Positions 1 through 9,699 of a stretch of 64,000 bases of DNA are shown here, piece after piece. Position numbers and translations under genes: made by a program. Location: assembly GCA_030549815.1 (NCBI GenBank), contig JAUQQQ010000001.1:90873-154872 (forward strand), written 5' to 3'. Position 1 is the stretch's first letter, and every line of letters starts with the position of its first letter. The stretch is from a bacterium. GTDB taxonomy: Bacteria > DRYD01. The notes under the pieces were generated by a model. That model saw only the letters and a program-made list of their open reading frames with translations. It ran no database searches and was not told the DNA's origin.

Positions 1-757
1 TTGTAAAGGATTCCCAATTACTCAATACTTTAACTATATTTCCATTTCTGACTCTTATTTCTATCCCACATGCAACCGGACAAGAAAAACAAAATGAATT
101 TATTTTTTCTGTTTCCCATGATCTTCCCAAATACATTGAATATTTATCAATAAAAGTACCCGTTGGGCATACCTGAACACACAAACCACAAGATACACAC
201 GAAGATTTACCCAATGGAATCCCACCATCAGCAACTATCAATGAGCTTATTCCTTTATTGATTTCAGATAAAACAAAATGTCCCCCAACTTCTGAGCATA
301 CTCTTATACAACGAGAACATAAAACACACCGATTATTATCAAACAATATAAATTCATGTGAATTATCAAGCTCAAAGATATTCTTAAAAGTTGGGAAATG
401 AAAATGGTCTAAGCCAACATAATATCCCAAATTTTGGAACTCACAGTCATTCGTAACAGCACAATACATACAATAATGATTTCTTTCACCAAATAAGAAT
501 TGAAGAATCCATCTTCTTGCTTCTATTAAATCTGGTGTGTGTGTTTCAATATCCATTCCATCCTCTATTAGCGTAGCACAAGAATTTTTATATCTCCCCC
601 TATCCTTTATAATACAAATCCTACAAGATCCAACAGGCCTTAAATAAGGATGATAACACAAAGTAGGAACATATATACCTATATTTTTAAGAAATTCATA
701 AACCGTTGTTTCTTTCTCAACAAAATACTCTTTACCATTAATTTTTATCTTTTTCAT
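1..757 (-). CDS. Partial (N-terminal part present; 3' end off window) NuoG/FdhA-like iron-sulfur molybdopterin-oxidoreductase subunit
   Basis: Reverse-strand translation from ATG at 757 gives MKKIKINGKEYFV. It then shows a 2Fe-2S motif (LCYHP...GSCRIC), a His-ligated cluster (HYCMYCAVTNDCEFQ), two CxxCxxCxxxCP ferredoxin motifs and a molybdopterin-type Fe4S4 motif (SFCFSCPVACGIEIRV). GAGAGG lies 8 nt upstream as a likely SD. The ORF runs to the window edge. Confidence 0.7.
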   Translation of the reverse strand, partial: MKKIKINGKEYFVEKETTVYEFLKNIGIYVPTLCYHPYLRPVGSCRICIIKDRGRYKNSCATLIEDGMDIETHTPDLIEARRWILQFLFGERNHYCMYCAVTNDCEFQNLGYYVGLDHFHFPTFKNIFELDNSHEFILFDNNRCVLCSRCIRVCSEVGGHFVLSEINKGISSLIVADGGIPLGKSSCVSCGLCVQVCPTGTFIDKYSMYLGRSWETEKINSFCFSCPVACGIEIRVRNGNIVKVLSNWESFT

Positions 758-885
758 CTTGGTAACCTCTCTTATAATTTTTCCACAAAAAAAAACAATA
801 TCCTTATTCAAACAGCAAATAAAGGGAAAAAAGAAATATTGTTAAATTAATATAATTGAAGGAAGGATTAAGGGGGTTAATTTTT

Positions 886-1056
886 ATGGCACAAAAAAAG
901 AAAGCAAGTATAAAAAAACCAGGACCTGCTAAATGTAGATACTGCAGAGGATTATTAGAAGGTACAAGATGGGTTAAAATCGGAGGAAAAAAATGGCATA
1001 GAGAATGTGCTCTTAAAGCAGGCAAAAAAATCCCAAGGGAATACTTAGAAGTTTAA
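886..1056 (+). CDS. Small zinc-ribbon (CxxC...HxxC) protein, hypothetical
   Basis: ATG at 886 is preceded by AAGGGGG (871-877). The 56-aa basic protein carries CRYC...HREC. The longer track ORF (856) lacks an SD. Confidence 0.45.
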   Translation: MAQKKKASIKKPGPAKCRYCRGLLEGTRWVKIGGKKWHRECALKAGKKIPREYLEV

Positions 1057-1091
1057 AAAAATAAAAAATAAACTTTAAATAAGGAGGAACT

Positions 1092-3101
1092 ATGACAATA
1101 AAAAATATTTGTTTAACAGGGCATACATCAAGTGGAAAAACATCGCTCATCGAAACAATAGCATACCTACACAAATTAACAAATTCCTTCGGAACAACAT
1201 CATTGTTAGATACCGACGAAGAAGAAAAGAAAAGAAAAACAACAACTTTCTTAAAAGTATTCCCCATAAAAACAAAAAACTACAAAATTAACCTCATAGA
1301 TACCCCAGGCTTCTCCGATTTCATCGGAGAAATATTAGGAGGCATCCATGCTTCAGAAAATATTGGGATAGTTATAAATTCACAAAACCCCATAGAAGTT
1401 GGAGCCGAAAGATCATGGTTCTTAGCAACAGAAAAAACTAAATCACCAATTTTCTTCATCGTAAATCATTTCGATAAAGAAAACCTTAATTTCGAAAACA
1501 TAATTAACCAACTCAACGAAAACTTTAGTCCAAGAATTATACCCCTGACAATACCAATATACGAAAACAACAATTTCAAAGGTATAGTAGACGTAGTTGC
1601 TAAAAAAGCATACCTCTTTGAAAAAGGAGAACTAAAAGAAACAAACAACCCACATGAAAACCTAACAAACACCTATTACGAAAAAATTACAGAAACAGTA
1701 GCAGAAACAAATGAAGAATTGCTAAATAAATACTTGGAACAAGGAGAACTACCACAAGACGAGATAATCAAAAATCTAAAAGAAGCATACAAACAAAAAT
1801 TACTGTTCCCACTATTCGTCACGAGTGCCAAAATCCCTGAATCAGTTAAAATCCTATTAAAATATCTTGAATCAATAGCAATAAACGCAGATGAATTAGA
1901 TTCGATAAAACCAAATGACAAAGATTTAGTTGCGCTGGTCTTCAAAACAATATCCGATCCATATAAAGGAAGAGTTTCTTTCATCAGAGTCTTTAGTGGA
2001 AAAATAACTAAAGATTCAACAATAACAAATACAACAAAAAATGCTAAAGAAAAAGTAACCGTTTTAGTGGAAATCGCAGGAGACCAACATAACCCAATAA
2101 ACGAATGTCTACCAGGAGATATTTGTGCAACTTATAAATTGGAACAAACATTATCAGGAGATATTTTATCATCTTTAGATAATCCACCGATAAAACCTAT
2201 AGAATATCCTGAACCATTGTTTGAAAAAGGAGTTGAACCTAAAACTAAAGCAGACGAAGAAAAATTATCCTCCGCTATAAACAGAATATTAGAAGAAGAC
2301 CCTACCTTCAAAGCATACAGAGATCACGACGTTAAACAATTTGTTATTTCAACCATAGGAGATGTCCATCTTGACTACATCGTATCAAAATTAAAAAATA
2401 AATACAAAGTTAATATTGAAATAACACCAAGAAAAATACCTTACTTAGAAACAATAAAAGGTAAAGCACAAGCCATAGGAAAGTATGTAAAGCAATCAGG
2501 CGGTAGAGGACAATTCGGAATAGCACACATAGAATTAGAACCATTACCAAGAGGACAAGGTTTTGAATTTGTTGATAGAATTGTTGGTGGAGTTATACCT
2601 AAGAACTTCATACCATCTGTCGAAAAAGGAATAAGAAATGCAATGGAAGAAGGTGTATTATCAGGAAATAGAGTTGTCGATGTAAGAGCAATACTCTTTG
2701 ATGGAAAGTATCACGAAGTAGACTCAAGTGATTTAGCATTCCAAATAGCAGGAGCAATGGCATTCAGAGAAGCAATGTCTAAAGCAAACCCAATAATCCT
2801 TGAGCCTATAATGAGTTTACAAATAATGGTACCCGATAGTATGTTGGGAGATGTCATAGGATTACTTAATACAAAAAGAGCCAGAATAATGGGAATGGAA
2901 ACATCAGAAAGAAAAGGATGGCAGTTAATAAAAGCTGAAGCACCATGGATGGAAATCACTGACCTACCAGTTGAACTTAAATCAGCAACACAAGGTAAAG
3001 CAATATTCTACATGAAATTATCACACTACGAAGAAGCACCATCCAACATATCACAACAAATAATATCCGAAAGTAAGAAAAACCAAGAAGAAAAAGTTTA
3101 G
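1092..3101 (+). CDS. Translational GTPase of the EF-G family (EF-G paralog)
   Basis: Strong SD AAGGAGG is present before the ATG. G1 is GHTSSGKTS, G3 is DTPGFSDF and an NxxD-like G4 (NHFD) is present. The 669-aa length and the domain IV/V region are EF-G-like. Confidence 0.85.
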   Translation: MTIKNICLTGHTSSGKTSLIETIAYLHKLTNSFGTTSLLDTDEEEKKRKTTTFLKVFPIKTKNYKINLIDTPGFSDFIGEILGGIHASENIGIVINSQNPIEVGAERSWFLATEKTKSPIFFIVNHFDKENLNFENIINQLNENFSPRIIPLTIPIYENNNFKGIVDVVAKKAYLFEKGELKETNNPHENLTNTYYEKITETVAETNEELLNKYLEQGELPQDEIIKNLKEAYKQKLLFPLFVTSAKIPESVKILLKYLESIAINADELDSIKPNDKDLVALVFKTISDPYKGRVSFIRVFSGKITKDSTITNTTKNAKEKVTVLVEIAGDQHNPINECLPGDICATYKLEQTLSGDILSSLDNPPIKPIEYPEPLFEKGVEPKTKADEEKLSSAINRILEEDPTFKAYRDHDVKQFVISTIGDVHLDYIVSKLKNKYKVNIEITPRKIPYLETIKGKAQAIGKYVKQSGGRGQFGIAHIELEPLPRGQGFEFVDRIVGGVIPKNFIPSVEKGIRNAMEEGVLSGNRVVDVRAILFDGKYHEVDSSDLAFQIAGAMAFREAMSKANPIILEPIMSLQIMVPDSMLGDVIGLLNTKRARIMGMETSERKGWQLIKAEAPWMEITDLPVELKSATQGKAIFYMKLSHYEEAPSNISQQIISESKKNQEEKV

Positions 3102-3475
3102 TAAAATAAATAAGCAAATAGAATCATTTATTTTACAACAAGTAAATAAAAATAAATTAGATGTAAAGAATCTAAAAGGGGCGCCTGTATTATTACAAAA
3201 ACATTAGAAAAATACTTAATGTTAATGTTATTGATAAACGTGGGAATACTTCGTTTCTATTTCTAAATATCATCTTCTTCTATTACCTTCTTTATCGTCA
3301 AAATCAAACACATATCGTCTACACTATATCTTCCATATTCGGTATTTAATTTTCTTACTTGGCTTTTAAATTTATTTCATTTAACTGATTTAATCTCCAC
3401 TTCTACAGAAGAAGTTCACACTCTACAAAAACTACTTTTTTTACAAAAAACTATTTTTTCTACAAACGGGACCCC

Positions 3476-3517
3476 TTACCCCACAAAACTACTTATTGCC
3501 ATTGGTAATTTATTCAT
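3476..3517 (-). pseudogene. N-terminal remnant (MNKLPMAISSFVG*) of a third AAA-ATPase-like/PD-(D/E)XK paralog, truncated by a GC-rich mini-insertion
   Basis: Reverse translation matches the conserved N-terminus MK(R/K)LP.GISSF of the two downstream paralogs. It stops inside the gggaccccttacccca element. Confidence 0.4.
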
Positions 3518-3556
3518 CCATAGACTTCTTTTTTACTATTCCAACTTACAATCCTT

Positions 3557-5071
3557 TCATAATTTCTCCCACCGATAATTCATTTTTCTTTTTTTCATAT
3601 CAAAATTCATCCCACATATTATTACTTCACCTTCCAACGCATACTTCCCATAATATTCCCTATCCCTTATTTGTTCTATCGCTTTTTCCTCATCCTTCCC
3701 TACCTTTACTTCAAATATGTATATCTTCCTGTTTGGTGTTCTTACCATTATATCAATTCTTCCTAATTTAGTATGCAATTCTGCATTACATTCAAAACCC
3801 GTTGAATATAAATACACATACAAAAACGACTTTATACTCTTTTCATCACTCCCATATAAATCATATGGTATATTCTCCAACAATCTGTTTATCATGTATT
3901 CTATCTCTTCTAAATCAACATTTTCCAATGCTTTCCTTATTGGATTTATCTCACTATCTTCTCCTCTCCACTCTCTTACAAATTCTCTTAACACATTCTC
4001 ATTAAAACTTATCTGTACTTCCTTATTTGGATATCTCAATTTATAAAAATTCCTATCATACTCTTCTTTTACTTTGTCTATTGTTAAGTATCCCGTTTGG
4101 AACATTAATGCTTCTATACTTATTTTCTCTACATCCACTCTATTCAAATCTTCTTCTGACATCATTAACTCCACATTTGGCATCTCATATTTTTTCTCTC
4201 TTATCAGTTTTATCAATACCTCTGGATTACCTGTCTCATACCAATAACTGCTTTTTTTTCTCTCCTGAAAATACAATAACACATCGAATGGATTGTATAT
4301 TTTACTTCCCAACCACCAATACCCATTATACCACTCTCTTATTTCTAACAACTCTTTTTCACTTTCTATTATTTCCCCAAACACTTCCTCCAATTCCCTT
4401 TCTGTATACCCACATATATCTCCATATTCTTTACTCAAGCTTATATCTCTTAATTGATTTAGTCCACTAAAGAGTGATACTTTTGCAAATTTACTTATCC
4501 CTGTTATAAATACAAAACGTAAATACTGGTCTAAACCCTTTATCGTCTGATAAAATCCTTTCAACACTTCTCTTATTTCTTCCGCTATTCCACTCTTCTC
4601 TATATTATCCAATATCGGCTTATCATATTCATCTATTAACAACACTACTTTTTTTCCTGTCTTTTTGTTTATCTTATAAATTAATTCTGACAGCATTGAA
4701 TAATATAGCTCTTCCTCTATTTCTACTTCATAATTCTTACTCCAAAATTTTATTATCGATTTAATATACCTCTTCATTTCTTCTTTGTTTTCTACCTTCC
4801 CTCCATCAAATGAAAACCTTACCACTGGATACTTTTCTCCCCAATTCCACTTCTTTTCCAAATACAATCCTTCAAATAATTCTTTTTTCCCTTCGAATGC
4901 ACATCGCAATGTATCTACAAACAAGCTTTTCCCGAACCTTCGAGGACGTGATAAAAAATAATATTCTCCTCCTTCTACTAATTTTTTTACAAAACTCGTC
5001 TTATCTACATAATAATATCCCCCTGTCCTTATCTTTTCAAAACTACTTATTCCTATTGGCAATCTCTTCAT
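3557..5071 (-). CDS. AAA-ATPase-like domain protein with C-terminal PD-(D/E)XK nuclease-like domain (PF09820-like + PDDEXK)
   Basis: Family hallmarks are the N-terminal MKRLPIGISSFEKIR..YYVDKT motif and FLSRPRRFGKS. The C-terminal GRIDIMV...IFEVK motif is PD-(D/E)XK-like. The preferred start is ATG 5071, with GAAGGGG 8 nt upstream. Confidence 0.8.
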   Translation of the reverse strand: MKRLPIGISSFEKIRTGGYYYVDKTSFVKKLVEGGEYYFLSRPRRFGKSLFVDTLRCAFEGKKELFEGLYLEKKWNWGEKYPVVRFSFDGGKVENKEEMKRYIKSIIKFWSKNYEVEIEEELYYSMLSELIYKINKKTGKKVVLLIDEYDKPILDNIEKSGIAEEIREVLKGFYQTIKGLDQYLRFVFITGISKFAKVSLFSGLNQLRDISLSKEYGDICGYTERELEEVFGEIIESEKELLEIREWYNGYWWLGSKIYNPFDVLLYFQERKKSSYWYETGNPEVLIKLIREKKYEMPNVELMMSEEDLNRVDVEKISIEALMFQTGYLTIDKVKEEYDRNFYKLRYPNKEVQISFNENVLREFVREWRGEDSEINPIRKALENVDLEEIEYMINRLLENIPYDLYGSDEKSIKSFLYVYLYSTGFECNAELHTKLGRIDIMVRTPNRKIYIFEVKVGKDEEKAIEQIRDREYYGKYALEGEVIICGMNFDMKKRKMNYRWEKL

Positions 5072-5088
5072 CCTACACACCCCTTCTC

Positions 5089-5409
5089 TTACCTATATCT
5101 CTCTACTTCCATCTTTTTCACTCTCCTTCCCCTACTATCTATAACTATTCCCACTAAATATATCTCTTCTCTATCCTTATACTTCTCATGATATCTCTTC
5201 TCTTTTATTTGTTCTATTGCTTCCTCCCTATCCACCTTCATCTCTATTATATACACCTTACCCCTATTTATCACCGTTAAATCTATTCTCCCTATACTTG
5301 TCACATCTTCCACTATTACTTCTAATCCACTTGACACCAACAACACATAAAACAATGCACAATAAAAACTCTCATATCTACCCACATCTCTATACCACAT
5401 ATTTGGCAC
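5089..5409 (-). pseudogene. Detached C-terminal PD-(D/E)XK nuclease-like fragment of the second paralog
   Basis: GRIDLTVINRGKVYIIEMKV...EAIEQI parallels the C-terminus of the 3557-5071 gene. It is separated from the N-terminal part (5477-6622) by a frame break. Confidence 0.55.
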
Positions 5410-5476
5410 ACTTCCATATTTAATACATTTTCCAATTCTAACAATTTACCATCAACAAATATCTTCCTTACTTCTC

Positions 5477-6622
5477 TTACCCCCAACTTTTTCCTGACCA
5501 AATACTACTTCCTATATAACTATTTAATGCTACTTTTACCTCTTTGTTCGGATAGCACAATCTATACTCTAACCAATCTTCTTCTATCATCTCTTTTATT
5601 GTCAAATATCCTGTTTGAAATAATAACGCTTCTATCCTTATTTCTTCTATATCAAACATATCTAATACATTATCATCTACTACTACTTCTTCTAAATTCG
5701 GTATATAGTACCCCTTCTCCCTCATAACTTTTACTAAAAATTCTGGGGTGGGGTCCCCTTCCCCTGGATTACCCGTTTTAAACCAATACGACCTATATAC
5801 TCTATTTTCCATATACAACAACACATCAAATGGATTATATATCCTTGAACCTAACCAATAATACCCATTGTACCACTCCCTTATTTTCTCTAATTCTTCC
5901 TTCCCTTCTATTAACTCTCCAAATACCTTTAATAATTCTTCCTCTGTATACCCACATATATCTCCATATTCTTTACTCAAGCTTATATCTCTTAATTGAT
6001 TTAGTCCACTAAAGAGTGATACTTTTGCAAATTTACTTATCCCTGTTATAAATACAAAACGTAAATACTGGTCTAAACCCTTTATCGTCTGATAAAATCC
6101 TTTCAACACTTCTCTTATTTCTTCCGCTATTCCACTCTTCTCTATATTATCCAATATCGGCTTATCATATTCATCTATTAACAACACTACTTTTTTTCCT
6201 GTCTTTTTGTTTATCTTATAAATTAATTCTGACAGCATTGAATAATATAGCTCTTCCTCTATTTCTACTTCATAATTCTTACTCCAAAATTTTATTATCG
6301 ATTTAATATACCTCTTCATTTCTTCTTTGTTTTCTACCTTCCCTCCATCAAATGAAAACCTTACCACTGGATACTTTTCTCCCCAATTCCACTTCTTTTC
6401 CAAATACAATCCTTCAAATAATTCTTTTTTCCCTTCGAATGCACATCGCAATGTATCTACAAACAAGCTTTTCCCGAACCTTCGAGGACGTGATAAAAAG
6501 TAATACTTACCTTCTTCCTCCAACTTTTTTACAAAATGTGTCTTTGGGGTAGGGGTCCCCCAATTTTCTACATAATAATATCCTCCTGTTCTTATCTCCA
6601 TAGAGGGACCCCTACCCCACAA
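5477..6622 (-). pseudogene. Disrupted paralog of the AAA-ATPase-like/PD-(D/E)XK gene (N-terminal ATPase-like part), carrying GC-rich mini-insertions
   Basis: Near-identical to the 3557-5071 protein over its FLSRPRRFGKS...YNGY region. The ancestral ATG (~6673) reads into a stop after an inserted GGGGTAGGGGTCCC element. Further in-frame insertions encode NWGTPTP and GEGDPTP. Confidence 0.6.
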
Positions 6623-6828
6623 AACTACTTATCCCTACAAACGGGACCCCTACCCCATGGCAATTTCTTCATTCCACACACCTCGTTTTCTATTACTAAT
6701 ATATTAAAACTACTACCAAATATTAGTTCCTTATTTTAGATCCCTTTTTATTATTTCTTCAGCCAACAGCGATTACCTATATTTTATTTGAAAGTGCAAC
6801 AGTTTACTACTGATTCCAAAATAAAAAA

Positions 6829-6853
6829 TAAAGGGAGCTTTGAGAGCTCCCTT
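6829..6853 (-). terminator. Rho-independent terminator hairpin downstream of the 6883-9699 gene
   Basis: aaagggagctttgagagctcccttt is a perfect 8-10-bp GC-containing stem. It is followed on the minus strand by a T-run (plus strand aaaataaaaaataa). Confidence 0.55.
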
Positions 6854-6882
6854 TGAAAGCAACAATTAATTACCTTCTTAAT

Positions 6883-9699
6883 TTATCTTCTTAAAGTATC
6901 ATATATCCTATATTCATAGCCTCTATACCTTATAGATGCGCTTTGGAGGAAACTAATGTTGAAAAGTGAAGGATCATAGAAGAAATCTACTTTACTCGTG
7001 CCCTTTATCCCAACATTACCCTTAGTTACAACCATTCCACTAAACCATAATCGATTGTTATTACCCGTTATTGCTTTCAGATTCCCACCAACCATTATTA
7101 AACCATTTAATTTAACATCGGTCCCTAATATTTGCTCGTTAGCCTTCCCCCTCTTTTTCTTTTCTTTTTCCATTTGCTGCTGCCCCTGTTGCTGATCCTG
7201 CTGCGTAGTAGATTGATCACTATTTTCTGTAACAAGCCCAGATATAAAATTTAAAGCAGAAGCAAAATCAGAATCAGTAATACTACTGTTAATACTACTA
7301 TATGAACTTGAAACATCAACAGCTATAGTACCTTCATCCGTCGAAGCATTTCCAGTATTAGACAAATTTCCTACATGCAAGTTGACAGAAGGAATATTAA
7401 TATTAACATACAGAATTTTTACTTTACTTTCGCTATCATCATTAACTTCTTCCACTTCCAATTTTATTGTATTAACACTATCATAAAATAAAAGAATAAA
7501 GTCATTAAGCCCATCTCCATCCTGAATATCTATTTTTGAAAAAGTCATACTACCACTATTATTTTTAAGATATTCATAAACAGTGTTAAAAACAGTGTTA
7601 AATTCATTTGTGTTTGACCCACTACCTCCACTTGTTCCACCACCACTTGTTCCTCCACTTGTTCCACCACCACTTGTTCCTCCACTTGTTCCACCGCCAC
7701 CTGCAAAACCTTCACTAAGTGGGTTAATGTATAGGTTATTATCGGCTAAGATAGCGACGTTTTGGTAGCCCTGATAAACTTGGCTAAACCTTGCAATTAT
7801 ATCCCCCTGTTTAACCTGCCCACCTACAGCACTATAATCTTTTGTTTTTAAAGTTCCACTTTTACTATCATAATTATATGATTGCCAATAATTAGTAACA
7901 TTATTATCATAATAAACTGGGGCAATATAGTTAGTTACGTTTAAAGAATCGTTAGAAGAGTCCTTAGTAGCTACTAAAGCTCCTCCACCTTCCTCATCAG
8001 TCTTAACTATTCCATCAATAACAATCGCTCCTTTGTCATACCACAAAACCGAACCATTATCTATCTTAACCCCTACATCAATCTTTCCAAACCTATAATC
8101 ATCTACACTACCATCACTTCTATATTGAGCTTTCCAGGAAGTAATATGGATAAACTTTCCCTGATCATTTTTTTGACCATCTATTTGATCACCTATTTTG
8201 GTATCCTTTTTAACAACGAGGTTCCATTTTTCGGCATATATTTCATTTCCCACAATGCTTGTATTGTATATTTGGACTCCACCTGGTGTTATCTTTGCTT
8301 TGCTTGTGTCTATAGTTCCATCACTTTTAACAACTTGCTTTAGATAGTTATCAATTTGAGTATAACTAACATCTGGTGGGAAATATACAACAGTATTTTC
8401 ATTTACAAAAACATAATATCCTGCATTTAACTGTGCATATGATCCAGGAGTAAATTTAGAGTTAATTTCGTTAATCAATGCTTTTCGCGAGCTATCAAAA
8501 CCGGATTCTATTGTTTTATTTACAAACTCTGCACCAATAAAGTCTTTTATTTGGTTGTATTTATTTTGATCATATTTAATAGCATTAGGATCTGTTCCAT
8601 CTATCATCGTATAAATTGTCTTACCATATTTGAAACTATTACCACTATTAGTTTTAGCAATCACTTCTCCTCTAAGCCCGCCATATTCAGCTTGAAAATT
8701 TCCATTACTATCTTGCTTAACAGTGTAAAATTTTGTAGTTTTGTGATCAGCATTAAGTTTTATATCAAACGTATTAGAATAGAATCTATTATTAACTCTA
8801 TTACTATCATAGGTTCCGACTTCTAAATTAGAATCGATAATAGTGGATCCTTCAGAAACCAGGGATCCACCTAGGGAAAACCCTGCATTAGCAAAAGATT
8901 GATTAATATAGGTTATAACATATCTTTGTGAAGCTGGAACTTTTGAGTATCCAAGAGCCATTATCATCAATGTATTCTGCCCAACTTTTCTACTACCATT
9001 AACATTAATTTCTTGATCTGCAAATGAGCGGTTGTATGAAGAGTACAAAGGCAATCTTCCATTCGTAGCAGACAAAGATAGTTGATTATTATCAAAATCT
9101 ACAAATATTGTGTTAGCTTCATCACCATAATAGGCGTTATTAGAATTGGTTGAATTACCAAAAAATATAACGCTTCCACGCTCTGTTATAGGTAAATTAG
9201 GTTTCCAAAAAACAACAACAGCTCCATTTTTACCTGCAAGATTATTAATTGAAATATCATTAGGTATTCCGGTTCCTCCTTGAACATTGCCATTAGATTG
9301 CCTAATTATCCATCCACTTTGAGTTGTATCTGCTAAATTTATTATAGCAATATTATAAGCCAGGGTGACATTACCAAAGTTGCTAAAGATTTTTCCTATT
9401 TTAGTTGAAGGATTATTTAAAGAGGGAAAAGTTATGGTATTTATGCTACTTGTGCCGCTTCCCGAACCTGTTATAGATTGGCTTGGTGTATTAAGCATAA
9501 AAGATTCAGGAGAGTGACTTATAAGAAAAGTAAGGATTTGAATAGCATCTTCCGCATTATTCATTGCTTCCTGACGAGCAAAGTAATCTTTATTAGTTTT
9601 AAAATTATTTTGTGTTAATCCAAATAGAGCGACTGACATCATTATGAGAACCACTATAAAGAATAATGTGCTTAGTAATAGGACACCTTTTTTATTCAT
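6883..9699 (-). CDS. Large (938 aa) membrane-anchored surface protein with PilX_N-like N-terminus and Gly/Thr/Ser repeat linker
   Basis: N-terminal TM helix followed by TQNNF...ARQEAMNNAEDAI, which resembles the PilX_N pattern of A..AE.G. after a TM segment. An internal GGTSGG tandem repeat is present and the body is Asn/Ser/Thr-rich. Confidence 0.45.
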   Translation of the reverse strand: MNKKGVLLLSTLFFIVVLIMMSVALFGLTQNNFKTNKDYFARQEAMNNAEDAIQILTFLISHSPESFMLNTPSQSITGSGSGTSSINTITFPSLNNPSTKIGKIFSNFGNVTLAYNIAIINLADTTQSGWIIRQSNGNVQGGTGIPNDISINNLAGKNGAVVVFWKPNLPITERGSVIFFGNSTNSNNAYYGDEANTIFVDFDNNQLSLSATNGRLPLYSSYNRSFADQEINVNGSRKVGQNTLMIMALGYSKVPASQRYVITYINQSFANAGFSLGGSLVSEGSTIIDSNLEVGTYDSNRVNNRFYSNTFDIKLNADHKTTKFYTVKQDSNGNFQAEYGGLRGEVIAKTNSGNSFKYGKTIYTMIDGTDPNAIKYDQNKYNQIKDFIGAEFVNKTIESGFDSSRKALINEINSKFTPGSYAQLNAGYYVFVNENTVVYFPPDVSYTQIDNYLKQVVKSDGTIDTSKAKITPGGVQIYNTSIVGNEIYAEKWNLVVKKDTKIGDQIDGQKNDQGKFIHITSWKAQYRSDGSVDDYRFGKIDVGVKIDNGSVLWYDKGAIVIDGIVKTDEEGGGALVATKDSSNDSLNVTNYIAPVYYDNNVTNYWQSYNYDSKSGTLKTKDYSAVGGQVKQGDIIARFSQVYQGYQNVAILADNNLYINPLSEGFAGGGGTSGGTSGGGTSGGTSGGGTSGGSGSNTNEFNTVFNTVYEYLKNNSGSMTFSKIDIQDGDGLNDFILLFYDSVNTIKLEVEEVNDDSESKVKILYVNINIPSVNLHVGNLSNTGNASTDEGTIAVDVSSSYSSINSSITDSDFASALNFISGLVTENSDQSTTQQDQQQGQQQMEKEKKKRGKANEQILGTDVKLNGLIMVGGNLKAITGNNNRLWFSGMVVTKGNVGIKGTSKVDFFYDPSLFNISFLQSASIRYRGYEYRIYDTLRR

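Noticed and set aside
650-1025. Short ORFs 650-850 (+) and 804-1025 (-)
   Set aside because: They overlap the upstream gene end or the SD-supported small zinc-ribbon gene. They have no SD and an odd composition.
3102-3556. Direct repeats checked as a possible CRISPR array
   Set aside because: The repeats are degenerate copies of the paralog N-terminal junction, not regular 25-40-bp repeats with unique spacers.
3717-5157. Plus-strand ORFs (3717-4046, 3802-4005, 4027-4470, 4810-5157) rich in Leu/Ser/Phe
   Set aside because: They are antisense to a well-supported minus-strand gene. Their low-complexity composition is typical of reverse frames of AT-rich genes.
6883-9699. Type IV prepilin call for the 938-aa protein
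   Set aside because: No G-F/M-T/S-L-I/L-E cleavage/methylation motif follows the N-terminal basic residues. Only a PilX_N-like resemblance is present.
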